64,000 nucleotides of DNA from Oscillospiraceae bacterium (GCA_017409405.1 JAFQSU010000075.1:6785-70784); one strand, 5' to 3'. Positions 26,172 to 35,114 are shown, counted from the stretch's first letter. Translations and numbers: made by a program. Notes: generated from the sequence alone by a model not told the origin.

Positions 26172-29100
26172 ATGAAAAGAATTCTATCGGCACTGCTTAC
26201 GCTGTGCATGGTTATTTCAATGCTTCCGGCAGTGAATATTGCCGAAGCGGTTGAGCCGTCCGGCGTAAAGGTTATTTACCCGATGTGGCAGGATTCGTAT
26301 TTTGAAGAGGGAAGAAGACTTAATCCGGCAGAAATTGATTATACCGTAAGCGGTGGACGTATTTCGTGGCATGAGTTTACCGGAACGGTTACGGGCAGTG
26401 CTGCATGGGGCTTAGGTTCCCTTTCGATATATCTCAGAAAAGATGAATACGCGGCATTTAAAATCAAGGTACCGGCATCGGGGTATTATGATATAAAGCT
26501 CGACTACGGAAGTACGGCCGATAAAACATACGCAACAGGCGGTGCGATGTATTTCCTGCCCGGAGACACTTCAGACATAGCAACGGCGCTTCTGACTGCA
26601 ACACCTGTCATGACCGTTGATTTTGCAGGCGAGGTAACAACTGCATGGGGTGACTTTGATAAGTATTACAAGGGCATGGCAAACAATGTTCCGTCAAAAA
26701 CGGTTGAGGATAAAGACCTCGACGCAGGGGAGTACATTGTGGTCTGGACAGGATATGGTGAAATTAAGGGAGGAAGATATTTTCTCCGCCCTGCTACAAT
26801 GACTCTTGACGGCGGACCGGGGAAGGCATCCATGTATGCGGAAAGCACGCTTTCAAAGGCAAAGCTTAATTTAAAATCTGCCACTACCGCATACATCTCC
26901 ACCTCGAAGGTAGTAATGAGTGACGGAACATCAGGTACGGCACAGGATATTTCCTCCCTTACATACTCAAGCTCGGACGAAAGCATTGTGACCGTGTCGG
27001 AGAATAAGATTACCGCAGTTTCCGAAGGAGAAGCGAAGGTATATACAAAAAGTAACGACCGAATCATAGCAGAGGATAAAATTACGGTTGAAAACCGTGA
27101 TGTTGAAATGTCGGGCATCACGGTTAAATATCCTTTTGACAAGCAGGACTACATGACCCTCGCTACAGGAAAAGAAATAAGCTATCCCAACAGCGGCGGA
27201 AGAGTAAAATACGATTCATTTTACGGCACAAAGCCGGTTGTTGATAATTTTGCATGGTTTCGAAATGCTTTAAGCCTCTATATACTTGAGGGACAGTATT
27301 ATGCATTTAAGATACAAATCCCGAAAGCCGGAGGGTATAACGTAAGCGTCGGATACAACACACATAGCAGTGCAACTGCCGGTGAAATGTATATTCTTCC
27401 AACGACAACCTCGGATATTGCAGGAACACTGAAACAGGAGATTCCGGTTGCGACGATAAACTTTAAAGGTATAGACAGTGAACAGACCGCGGCTATTCCG
27501 TTTACAACAGAAAACCTCTTTTTTGAGGCTGAAACTGCCGGTGAATATTATCTGGTATGGAAGGGAACGGGAGAGACGAATAAAGACAATCGCCATTATT
27601 TGCTCCCACGTCTTGTAACGCTTGACGGAGGGGACGGCACTGTTCCGACATATACATTGTTCAAGTTATCAAAAGCGCTCAGACCGAGTGTTGAGATTAT
27701 AATGAGTGACGGCTCTGTCGTTGATGGGAACAAGCTCGGCGTTGTTTATGAGTCGTCCGATGAAACCATACTTCGCCAAAATCCGAAAACCGGCAAGTTT
27801 GAAACTCCGGGAACAGGTTTGGTAGAAGTGACTGCAACGGTTGAGTATCAGGGGAAAAAGTATTCTGCGACTGTTGAGCGCATGATTACGGGTAATGAAA
27901 TTCTTCCGTTCAGCGGAAAATTTGTAAAGTATGATTTTTCTGAGAAGAGTGTATTCTGGACGCCTGTTTACTGGCAGGGAGAGGACAAGCCAAAGGCAAA
28001 CGATATTCGTGGCATAACATATGAATACACATCAAATACCGGAGAGGACGGTAACTGGGAGTGGTGTGACAGCTCAATTCCCGGAATTTATACAGATGCA
28101 GGAAAGAACTTAGCGGTACAGACGTTTGTTGCCAAGGATGTCAACGGACATATGCGCATCGGTATAAGCAAAGACAAATGGGTTGCCTTGAGAATAAAAG
28201 TGCCGGCGGCAGGAAGATATTTCGGCACTGCAGTTTACCGTAAAAACTATTCCGGCAGAGTTGCGGCAGGCATATATATTCTCCCCGGAGATGTTGAGGG
28301 GACGAACAACATAGAAGCCGCACTCACTGAAGATAACTACATAGGATTGTTTGATTGTAATGACCCCGAGGAGCTTTCGGCTTCGCTTGATTCTTCGCAT
28401 TACTTTGATGTGGATATATCTGATGAGTACATCAATGACAGTGGCGAATGCATACTTGTATTCAAAGCTCTCGGCGGCGGTTACTTTGATGTCAAGTCTC
28501 TGTCGCTTGACGGCACAGAGGGTATGAAAACCGTTGACCTGTCAGTTGACTCCGAAAAAATCGAAGTAGGAGCAAGAGAAAAGCTTAACGTAAAGGCACG
28601 TCTTCTTGATGAGTCTGTTATTGACAGCAGCGAGATTTCTGTAAAATACACCTCATCCGCATCGAACATAGCAGAGGTTTCCGACGATGGCTTTGTTACA
28701 GGTATTTCAGAAGGAAGTGCGGAAATTTCTGCAAAAGTATCGTACAACGGAACAAAAATAACTGCCCATACAACTGTTTATGTTCAGGATACAAGCGATA
28801 TAAAATCAACTGAGCTTGCAGTTGAAGAGGTTATGTTTGTAAATGCGAGAAAACGCATAAGATTCAATGCTGAGACAGAAAAGAAAAGCATTCTTGAAAT
28901 CCCCGTTTCGGAATATAAGCTTGACTGTGACCCGGTTGGAATTGCGTATGTGGATGATGACGGGTATATAAACGCAATGAGCGAAGGTACGGTTACGCTT
29001 GAGGTGTTTGCAGATTACCGCGGAAACTCGGGTCTGTACGGAAAAGCTGAGATAACTATCCTTGATAGCGGAAGCAAAACGGAAGTTACAGCTTTCACCC

Positions 29101-32100
29101 AGGACATGCGCGAAACGGCACTTGAAAATGCAGAGAAGTATGACTGGGCGAAAAAAGAACAAAAAGCGTGGAGAGACCGTGCGGATACATATGTCGAAAA
29201 TCTCGACTTCTTCTATGACCATATAGTGGGAGAGGGAATTCCACGAGTGCAGAAGATGGGAACTTACAACAACCCCGACTACAAGTACTGCAATTACTGC
29301 GGCGAGGATATTGTTGCGAAGTACGGAAACGACGGCTCGTATGCATATACGGTTAATTTCATGGGGCGTCCGTGGAAAATTCAGTGTCCTTCCTGCAAGC
29401 GTCAGTTCCCTTCAAACGACTTTGCAAGCTTTTACGAGCTTGGACTTGATGCGCAGGGACTGTTTGATTTAAAGCTTGCGCGTGAAAATCACCATAAAAT
29501 GCTTTTCCATACCGATGACAGCCCGTGTGAGCATGTTGCTCCGTCGGAGGAATATTCTTCCGAGTGGTATGAGTATTACGGTTATGGAAATACAGACGGA
29601 TATCTTTACAACGAGCTGTATACCGAGCTATGGAAAGACACGTCGGCAAAAACCTATAACACAGACCCCAATCCGAGAAAAGAAAACCGTTATGTTGACG
29701 GTTTGATGTGGGGAGTAGATGATGGATTCGGATATATTCCTAGAGATGCGACAGGAAAGCAGTATACTCATGCAGACGGAAAAAATGAGATGCATACCCC
29801 TGTTGCGCTGTACAACGGAACAACGTGGTTCCAGGATATAAGAGCTGCAATAACAAGACTTACGAATGCGTATCTGTATACAGGAGAAGAAAAATACGGC
29901 AGAGCCGGAGCGATTCTCCTTGACCGAATTGCAGACGTCTACCCGGATATGGATTTATTCAAGTACTTTAAAGTATACTGGCCGAACACTTCTACCGGCG
30001 ACGGCGCGATTCTCGGAACAGTTCAGGACGTTAACTTCGGGCAGAATTTTGCAGATGCGGCAGATGCATTTTTCCCGAGACTAAAAGATGAATTTGTATA
30101 CAAATACCTTTCTGCGAAGGCAGAAACATTTTCGCTTAAAAACAAAAAGGAAAGCGCATATGATATCTGGAAGAACTGGGAGGAAAATCTCCTTCAAGAG
30201 AACTTCCGAAAAGTAAAAAGCGCAGACCTCAGCGGAAACTTCGGTATGCATCAGGTTGTTCTCATAAAAACAGCACTTGCAATAGGAAACGAAGCAGACA
30301 GCGAAGAGATGCTTGATTATCTGTACAAAACAGGCGGATATCAAGGATATATGTCATTCTCCATTACAGGAGGAAATGTCTCTAACACGATTGTGGCAGA
30401 AACCGACCGCGACGGATTTGCATACGAATCATCACCTCAGTACAATTATTTTACTCCCGACGGCTTGCTGATGATTGCAAATTCTCTTGCATTGTACAAG
30501 GGAAAGAATGCAGAAAAGTATGATATAATAAAAAATCCGAAATTTGCACAGATTGTGACGAGTATGTCGGAGTTGGTAGTGAGTGACAGCCACACAATTC
30601 AGCTTGGAGACTCTCAGGGTATGGCGACACTCGATTTCGTGGATTCGGCAGATGACATGGTGCTTGCATTCAAATATCTTAAGAAAACACCTGTTGCCGA
30701 AAAAATAGCAAAACAGATATATTTGCTTAAAAACGGTGATGTTTCGGATTTACACTACGATATATTCACTCAAAATCCCGAAAGTATCGCCGAGGAAGTA
30801 GAAGCGTTAGCAAGCAACATTGAAAAACCAAAGAGCAAAATTCTTACGGGCTTCGGTCTTGCAATGCTTCACGACGGAGAACGCTACGAAGCGATCAGCC
30901 AGAACGGAACAAACAATTCGTTGCGTACATTCTGGATGTATTCGGGCTGGGGAGATTCGGGACATCATCAGCTTGATTCGCTTAATATAGGAATCGAAGC
31001 ATTTGGACTCAATCTTTCCCCTGATAACGGTTACCCCGAGGCTGCAGGAAGTGATCCGAACAGAGTGCAGTGGGTTGAAACAACCTTAGCCCACAACTCC
31101 GTTACAGTCGATGAGGATGTTCAGAACAGAACGCTTGAATCAGGCGACCCACTTCACTATGACGGTGACGGCAGGGTTAAGCTTATCGATATGAGAAGCG
31201 AAGAAAGTTATCCGCATCTTGATGAATACCGAAGGACACTTGTTATGATTGAAGCTCCGGGGGATATCAGCTACGGTGTTGATTTCTTTAACGTTCAGGG
31301 CGGAACAAGTCACATTTACAGCTTCCATGCACAGTCTGAACAGGCGCAGACAGAAGGTCTTGATATAGTGCCGCAGATAAAGGATGGTGCGTATTCAGGC
31401 TCATATGCAGGCGTTGATGTTCCGGGATTTAAGCAAGACCCCGGAACTCCGGATTCAAGCCTTTTCTATCCCAAAGGATATACATGGCTCAAAAATCTTG
31501 ACCGTGCAGCAGACCCTCAGGGCGACTTTTCCATAGATTTCGCTATTACCGATTACAACAAAGCGATACAAGATAACAGGGATATCCACCTGCGTATGAC
31601 TCAATTGGCGGAAGTTGGGGCTGAATTTACCGAAGTTACGGTTGCTGACGGATATGTGCCGAATAAGCAGGTAAACAAGAACATTCCGAGGGGTATCAAA
31701 TATGCCCTTGTAAAGCGAGAAGGACAAAACCTCAAGAGCTTGTTCACGACTGTTTTTGAACCGTATCGCGGAGAACGGTATGTTAAGAAAATTACACCGG
31801 TGGAAATGATGCCCGTTCCCAAACAGGGGAAAGCAAGAGCGGTATGTGTTGAGCTTGTAAACGGTCAGAAGGACTATATTGTATACTCGACAGATAATAC
31901 CGTGAAATACAATGTGGGCGGAGTGTTTGAGTTCCGCGGCTTTGTGGGAGTATATTCAGTTGATAAGAATAATAAAAATGTTTATTCTTACATAAATGAC
32001 GGAGACGTTATTGGTACAAGCACACAGCTTGAAAAAGAGTATAGCGGAACTGTTGCAGATTTCAGTCGCGAGAACTCGTATAACAACTATATAACACTCA

Positions 32101-33362
32101 ATATGCAGGCAGATAAAGTCTCAGAGTTTGCCGGAAAAATTGTCAGAATCAAGAATGACGGAATTCAGAACGGAGCATATCTGATTGAAAGTGCCGAGCC
32201 GATTTCCGACACACAGGTAAAGCTTAACATCGGGCTTGTGACAACAATCCGCAAATACGTGGATGAAGATGACTTCGCAAAGGGGTATGTCTACAACATA
32301 AAAGAGGGGCAGACCGCTGTAATTGCGATGTCGCATGAGCAGGACTTCGCACCGAGATTTGCAGGATTGGAAACAACGCCGTCGGTGTCTGCAGGAAGCA
32401 CTATCTCGGTACAGCTTGCCGCAAAGAGCGACGACCCGGATGCCCGGATTTCCTACATCGGCACATCCTTGCCGAGAGGTGCAAGTATAGATTCCGATAC
32501 AGGAGTGTTTACATGGAAACCGTCAGCAAGTCAGGTGGGTGACAATCATGTTGCGATAACTGCACGTGACAATTACGGACGTGAATCAATAATACACTTT
32601 ATCGTCGCGGTATATGGCTCGACAACGAACTCTACACCTGCAGAACCCGACACACCGTCAGGTGGCGGCGGTGGAGGTGGCGGCGGCGCCGCACCTGCCC
32701 CCGACACAGACGAGAATACCGATATCCCGTCAGATGACGAAACCACACAACCTGAAGGAGACGACAACACTTCTGTAGGGGAGGGTGTCCTTGCCCTCCC
32801 GTCGGTTGGATTCACCGACCTCGGCAACCACGCCTGGGCGGCTGACGCCATAGCAGAGCTTTCGGAAAAGGGTATTATCAAAGGGACATCTGACACCACC
32901 TTCTCACCGGCAAGCAATATCACACGAGCAGATTTTGCACTTCTTCTTGTTCGCGCATTCGGGCTTGAGAGTGAGAATGCCGAAAACTTCGCGGATGTTA
33001 ATGAGTCCGACTACTTTGCCCGTGAGCTTGCGATAGCGAGAAATAACGGTATCGTCGGCGGTATAGGCGATAACAAGTACGCACCGCGTAACACCATAAC
33101 CCGTCAGGATATGATGGTAATCATCTATCGCGCAATAGCCTCCATTGTGCAAAGGGAGGGGGACCGCTCCGCGGTGGAGGGATTGTCTGTCCTGAAATAT
33201 GAGGACTTCGACTCCGTCGCACCTTACGCAAAAGACGCAGTCGCGGCACTCATCTCAGCAGGGCTTGTCAACGGCAAGAACGGACGTATTGCACCGACCG
33301 ATTACACAACCCGTGCAGAGGTCGCAGTACTTATCAAGCGCATTTTAGACTATACAAAATAG
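26172..33362 (+). CDS. Giant (2396 aa) SLH-anchored cell-surface protein with a heparinase II/III-like polysaccharide-lyase-type core
   Basis: Signal peptide (AEA|VE), three copies of the unassigned module, about 4 Big_2-like domains and a lyase-like core. The core carries GHHQLDSLNIGIEAFGLNLSPDNGYPE...LAHNSVTVDE. It is followed by a cadherin-like/He_PIG-type Ig domain, a Gly/Pro/Asp linker and three SLH repeats. Confidence 0.85.
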   Translation: MKRILSALLTLCMVISMLPAVNIAEAVEPSGVKVIYPMWQDSYFEEGRRLNPAEIDYTVSGGRISWHEFTGTVTGSAAWGLGSLSIYLRKDEYAAFKIKVPASGYYDIKLDYGSTADKTYATGGAMYFLPGDTSDIATALLTATPVMTVDFAGEVTTAWGDFDKYYKGMANNVPSKTVEDKDLDAGEYIVVWTGYGEIKGGRYFLRPATMTLDGGPGKASMYAESTLSKAKLNLKSATTAYISTSKVVMSDGTSGTAQDISSLTYSSSDESIVTVSENKITAVSEGEAKVYTKSNDRIIAEDKITVENRDVEMSGITVKYPFDKQDYMTLATGKEISYPNSGGRVKYDSFYGTKPVVDNFAWFRNALSLYILEGQYYAFKIQIPKAGGYNVSVGYNTHSSATAGEMYILPTTTSDIAGTLKQEIPVATINFKGIDSEQTAAIPFTTENLFFEAETAGEYYLVWKGTGETNKDNRHYLLPRLVTLDGGDGTVPTYTLFKLSKALRPSVEIIMSDGSVVDGNKLGVVYESSDETILRQNPKTGKFETPGTGLVEVTATVEYQGKKYSATVERMITGNEILPFSGKFVKYDFSEKSVFWTPVYWQGEDKPKANDIRGITYEYTSNTGEDGNWEWCDSSIPGIYTDAGKNLAVQTFVAKDVNGHMRIGISKDKWVALRIKVPAAGRYFGTAVYRKNYSGRVAAGIYILPGDVEGTNNIEAALTEDNYIGLFDCNDPEELSASLDSSHYFDVDISDEYINDSGECILVFKALGGGYFDVKSLSLDGTEGMKTVDLSVDSEKIEVGAREKLNVKARLLDESVIDSSEISVKYTSSASNIAEVSDDGFVTGISEGSAEISAKVSYNGTKITAHTTVYVQDTSDIKSTELAVEEVMFVNARKRIRFNAETEKKSILEIPVSEYKLDCDPVGIAYVDDDGYINAMSEGTVTLEVFADYRGNSGLYGKAEITILDSGSKTEVTAFTQDMRETALENAEKYDWAKKEQKAWRDRADTYVENLDFFYDHIVGEGIPRVQKMGTYNNPDYKYCNYCGEDIVAKYGNDGSYAYTVNFMGRPWKIQCPSCKRQFPSNDFASFYELGLDAQGLFDLKLARENHHKMLFHTDDSPCEHVAPSEEYSSEWYEYYGYGNTDGYLYNELYTELWKDTSAKTYNTDPNPRKENRYVDGLMWGVDDGFGYIPRDATGKQYTHADGKNEMHTPVALYNGTTWFQDIRAAITRLTNAYLYTGEEKYGRAGAILLDRIADVYPDMDLFKYFKVYWPNTSTGDGAILGTVQDVNFGQNFADAADAFFPRLKDEFVYKYLSAKAETFSLKNKKESAYDIWKNWEENLLQENFRKVKSADLSGNFGMHQVVLIKTALAIGNEADSEEMLDYLYKTGGYQGYMSFSITGGNVSNTIVAETDRDGFAYESSPQYNYFTPDGLLMIANSLALYKGKNAEKYDIIKNPKFAQIVTSMSELVVSDSHTIQLGDSQGMATLDFVDSADDMVLAFKYLKKTPVAEKIAKQIYLLKNGDVSDLHYDIFTQNPESIAEEVEALASNIEKPKSKILTGFGLAMLHDGERYEAISQNGTNNSLRTFWMYSGWGDSGHHQLDSLNIGIEAFGLNLSPDNGYPEAAGSDPNRVQWVETTLAHNSVTVDEDVQNRTLESGDPLHYDGDGRVKLIDMRSEESYPHLDEYRRTLVMIEAPGDISYGVDFFNVQGGTSHIYSFHAQSEQAQTEGLDIVPQIKDGAYSGSYAGVDVPGFKQDPGTPDSSLFYPKGYTWLKNLDRAADPQGDFSIDFAITDYNKAIQDNRDIHLRMTQLAEVGAEFTEVTVADGYVPNKQVNKNIPRGIKYALVKREGQNLKSLFTTVFEPYRGERYVKKITPVEMMPVPKQGKARAVCVELVNGQKDYIVYSTDNTVKYNVGGVFEFRGFVGVYSVDKNNKNVYSYINDGDVIGTSTQLEKEYSGTVADFSRENSYNNYITLNMQADKVSEFAGKIVRIKNDGIQNGAYLIESAEPISDTQVKLNIGLVTTIRKYVDEDDFAKGYVYNIKEGQTAVIAMSHEQDFAPRFAGLETTPSVSAGSTISVQLAAKSDDPDARISYIGTSLPRGASIDSDTGVFTWKPSASQVGDNHVAITARDNYGRESIIHFIVAVYGSTTNSTPAEPDTPSGGGGGGGGGAAPAPDTDENTDIPSDDETTQPEGDDNTSVGEGVLALPSVGFTDLGNHAWAADAIAELSEKGIIKGTSDTTFSPASNITRADFALLLVRAFGLESENAENFADVNESDYFARELAIARNNGIVGGIGDNKYAPRNTITRQDMMVIIYRAIASIVQREGDRSAVEGLSVLKYEDFDSVAPYAKDAVAALISAGLVNGKNGRIAPTDYTTRAEVAVLIKRILDYTK
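26259..26817 (+). repeat. Unassigned module, diverged copy A (N-terminus of the giant protein)
   Basis: The same landmarks appear in the same order: hydrophobic-Y-P start, YAAFKIKVPASGYYDIKLDYG, AMYFLPGDTSDIATAL, AGEYIVVWTG, RYFLRPATMTLDGG. Confidence 0.65.
27114..27635 (+). repeat. Unassigned module, copy B (giant protein)
   Basis: GITVKYPFDKQDY...PRLVTLDGGD. It is 174 aa and gap-free against copies 1 and 2, roughly three-quarters identical by hand count. Confidence 0.9.
27908..28513 (+). repeat. Unassigned module, diverged copy C (giant protein)
   Basis: FVKYDFSEKS..., WVALRIKVPAAGRYFGTAVY, GIYILPGDVEGTNNIEAAL, ECILVFKALGGGYFDVKSLSLDG; longer loops than the other copies. Confidence 0.55.
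29090..31900 (+). other. Lyase-like catalytic core (helical N-terminal part + heparinase II/III-like C-terminal part)
   Basis: The Hepar_II_III-like signature lies around 30960-31130 (HHQLD ... D-x-G-Y-P ... AHNSVTVD). The upstream segment looks helical (RLTNAYLYTGEEKYGRAGAILLDRIADVYP). Boundaries are approximate. Confidence 0.6.
32380..32615 (+). other. Cadherin-like / putative Ig (He_PIG-type) domain
   Basis: LPRGASIDSDTGVFTWKPSASQVGDNHVAITARDNYG pattern. Confidence 0.55.
32808..33350 (+). other. Three tandem S-layer homology (SLH) repeats
   Basis: FTDLGNHAWAADAIAELSEKGIIKG...ITRADFALLLVRA; FADVNESDYFARELAIARNNGIVGG...ITRQDMMVIIYRA; FDSVAPYAKDAVAALISAGLVNG...TTRAEVAVLIKRI. Confidence 0.85.
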
Positions 33363-33376
33363 AGGAGGAAAATTAA

Positions 33377-34921
33377 ATGAAAAAGCGTATACTGTCTTTA
33401 TTACTTGCAACACTCTTGTTTTTATCCCTTGCGGCTTGTAACGAACAAGCCCCGAACGAAACTGCCGCAAACAATGATCCGCTTACAAAAGACGATGTCA
33501 TAACAATGGTCATTAACTCAAGTGCAAGCTGGCCGTTTCAGGAAGATTGGAAAATCTGGGATTATATAGAAGAGATAAGCGGTGCAACACTTGATGTAAC
33601 GGCAATTATAACTGATGCAGATGCAAAATACGCAACTATGTTTGCATCCCCCGACACGCTTCCTGATATTGTCGGTTTTTCACATAAGACCGGTACGGAT
33701 AAGTTTGTTATTCAGGGCGCACTCAAATCACTTGATGAAATGAAAGAGTATATGCCGAACTATAATTCATGGGTTGATTCGCTTTCTGAAGAAGAGGTAA
33801 AAAATGTTATAAATACACGCAAAGCGTATGACGGAAAAATATATGCTGCCCCGATTACGGGAAGAGAAAAGTCGCAGGGTCTCCGTGCATGGCTCTATCG
33901 TAAGGACATTTTTGACAAACACAATATCAAGACACCTGAAACTTTTGATGAGCTTTATGAAGTATGTAAGCAGTTAAAAGAAATTTATCCCGATTCTTAT
34001 CCCTTTAGTGCAAGAAACGGTATTTACATGCTTGATGCTCAGGCACCGTCGTGGAAGCCGTACTGGAATACTCAGGAATACTATGATTACAACAGCGAAA
34101 AATGGTGCTATGGTGCTTCTGAAGACGTGCTTCTTGATATGCTGACCTTCTACAAGCGTATGATTGATGAAAAGCTTATGCCGTCTGACTTCATGACGAT
34201 TTCCACCACTTCGTGGAGTGAACTTGTAACGACCAACCGCGGATTTATTATGCCGGAGTATCAGACGCGTATAGACTATTTTAACTCTCTTGCCCGTTCA
34301 AATATTGAAGGGTTTGACGTTACTGCCATGGTACCGCCTGTTGCCGATGCAGATAACGGAATGTCAATGATGAACAAGTATAACATTGACCCGATGGCGG
34401 TTGTAATGTGCAACACCGGTGACGAAGAACGGATGGCAAAGGCTGCAAAGTTCCTCGATAGTTTCTATACTGATGAAGCAATGGAGCTTCTCTCTTGGGG
34501 TAAAGAGGGAGAAACATACGAAATTGCAGACGGAAAGAAAAAATTTATCACGGATGAAAACGGAACGCAGGCAAGCACGCTTTACGGAATATCTACATAT
34601 GCAACGTTCACACGCATGGATCCCGAGGCTGTTCTTGCTTTTGAGTCTGAGGATATAGCAAGAACCCGTGATATGGTTATCGAACACACACTTCCCAATG
34701 CAAACCCGAATCTCTGGATAGCATTCACCCCCGAGGAACAAAAGATTTTTGTTGAGTATCAGATGGCTTTGCGTAATTATGCAACAGAAATGATATCTAA
34801 GTTCCTCCTCGGTCAGGAGCCGCTTTCGGCGTTTGATAAGTTCCAGGAAACACTTAAAACAGAGTTCGGACTTGAAGAATATCTTGCAGTTCATGAGTCT
34901 GCATATGCAAGGATCAAATAG
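33377..34921 (+). CDS. Lipoprotein, family-1 extracellular solute-binding protein of an ABC sugar importer (no cognate permease genes nearby)
   Basis: Lipobox LSLAAC. The ~500-aa size and W/Y-rich composition are typical of Firmicutes oligosaccharide SBPs. RBS GAGGAGG upstream. Confidence 0.75.
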   Translation: MKKRILSLLLATLLFLSLAACNEQAPNETAANNDPLTKDDVITMVINSSASWPFQEDWKIWDYIEEISGATLDVTAIITDADAKYATMFASPDTLPDIVGFSHKTGTDKFVIQGALKSLDEMKEYMPNYNSWVDSLSEEEVKNVINTRKAYDGKIYAAPITGREKSQGLRAWLYRKDIFDKHNIKTPETFDELYEVCKQLKEIYPDSYPFSARNGIYMLDAQAPSWKPYWNTQEYYDYNSEKWCYGASEDVLLDMLTFYKRMIDEKLMPSDFMTISTTSWSELVTTNRGFIMPEYQTRIDYFNSLARSNIEGFDVTAMVPPVADADNGMSMMNKYNIDPMAVVMCNTGDEERMAKAAKFLDSFYTDEAMELLSWGKEGETYEIADGKKKFITDENGTQASTLYGISTYATFTRMDPEAVLAFESEDIARTRDMVIEHTLPNANPNLWIAFTPEEQKIFVEYQMALRNYATEMISKFLLGQEPLSAFDKFQETLKTEFGLEEYLAVHESAYARIK

Positions 34922-34970
34922 ACGTTGTAATATACATATTATGTTTGCAGATTACAAAGATAATTTATAG

Positions 34971-35011
34971 AAAAACAACGGATGAAGTGATACACTTCAT
35001 CCGTTGTTTTT
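34971..35011. terminator. Bidirectional Rho-independent terminator
   Basis: AAAAACAACGGATGAAGTG / CACTTCATCCGTTGTTTTT forms a perfect 19-bp stem with a 4-nt loop, with A and T tracts on either side. It lies between convergent genes. Confidence 0.9.
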
Positions 35012-35114
35012 TCTATGGGTTATGCTATTCGTATACATTTGTTTAAACGAGGACTGCCATTCTCTTCGCCTCGGACGTATTATATCGCCAAGAAAAGATT
35101 AGTAGTGTGTCGGG

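Noticed and set aside
32660-32690. Glycine-codon run (GGGGGGGG in the protein) as a possible slipped-strand phase-variation tract
   Set aside because: The codons are mixed (ggt ggc ggc ggt gga ggt ggc ggc) rather than a homopolymer or perfect short repeat. The run sits in an obvious Gly/Pro/Asp inter-domain linker before the SLH repeats.
34364-34894. 176-aa minus-strand ORF inside the SBP gene. I treated similar ORFs at 36901-37380, 42011-42592, 26666-27142, 28806-29222 and 44162-45144 the same way.
   Set aside because: All are nested antisense or out of frame within confidently assigned genes and lack translation signals. They are typical frame shadows.
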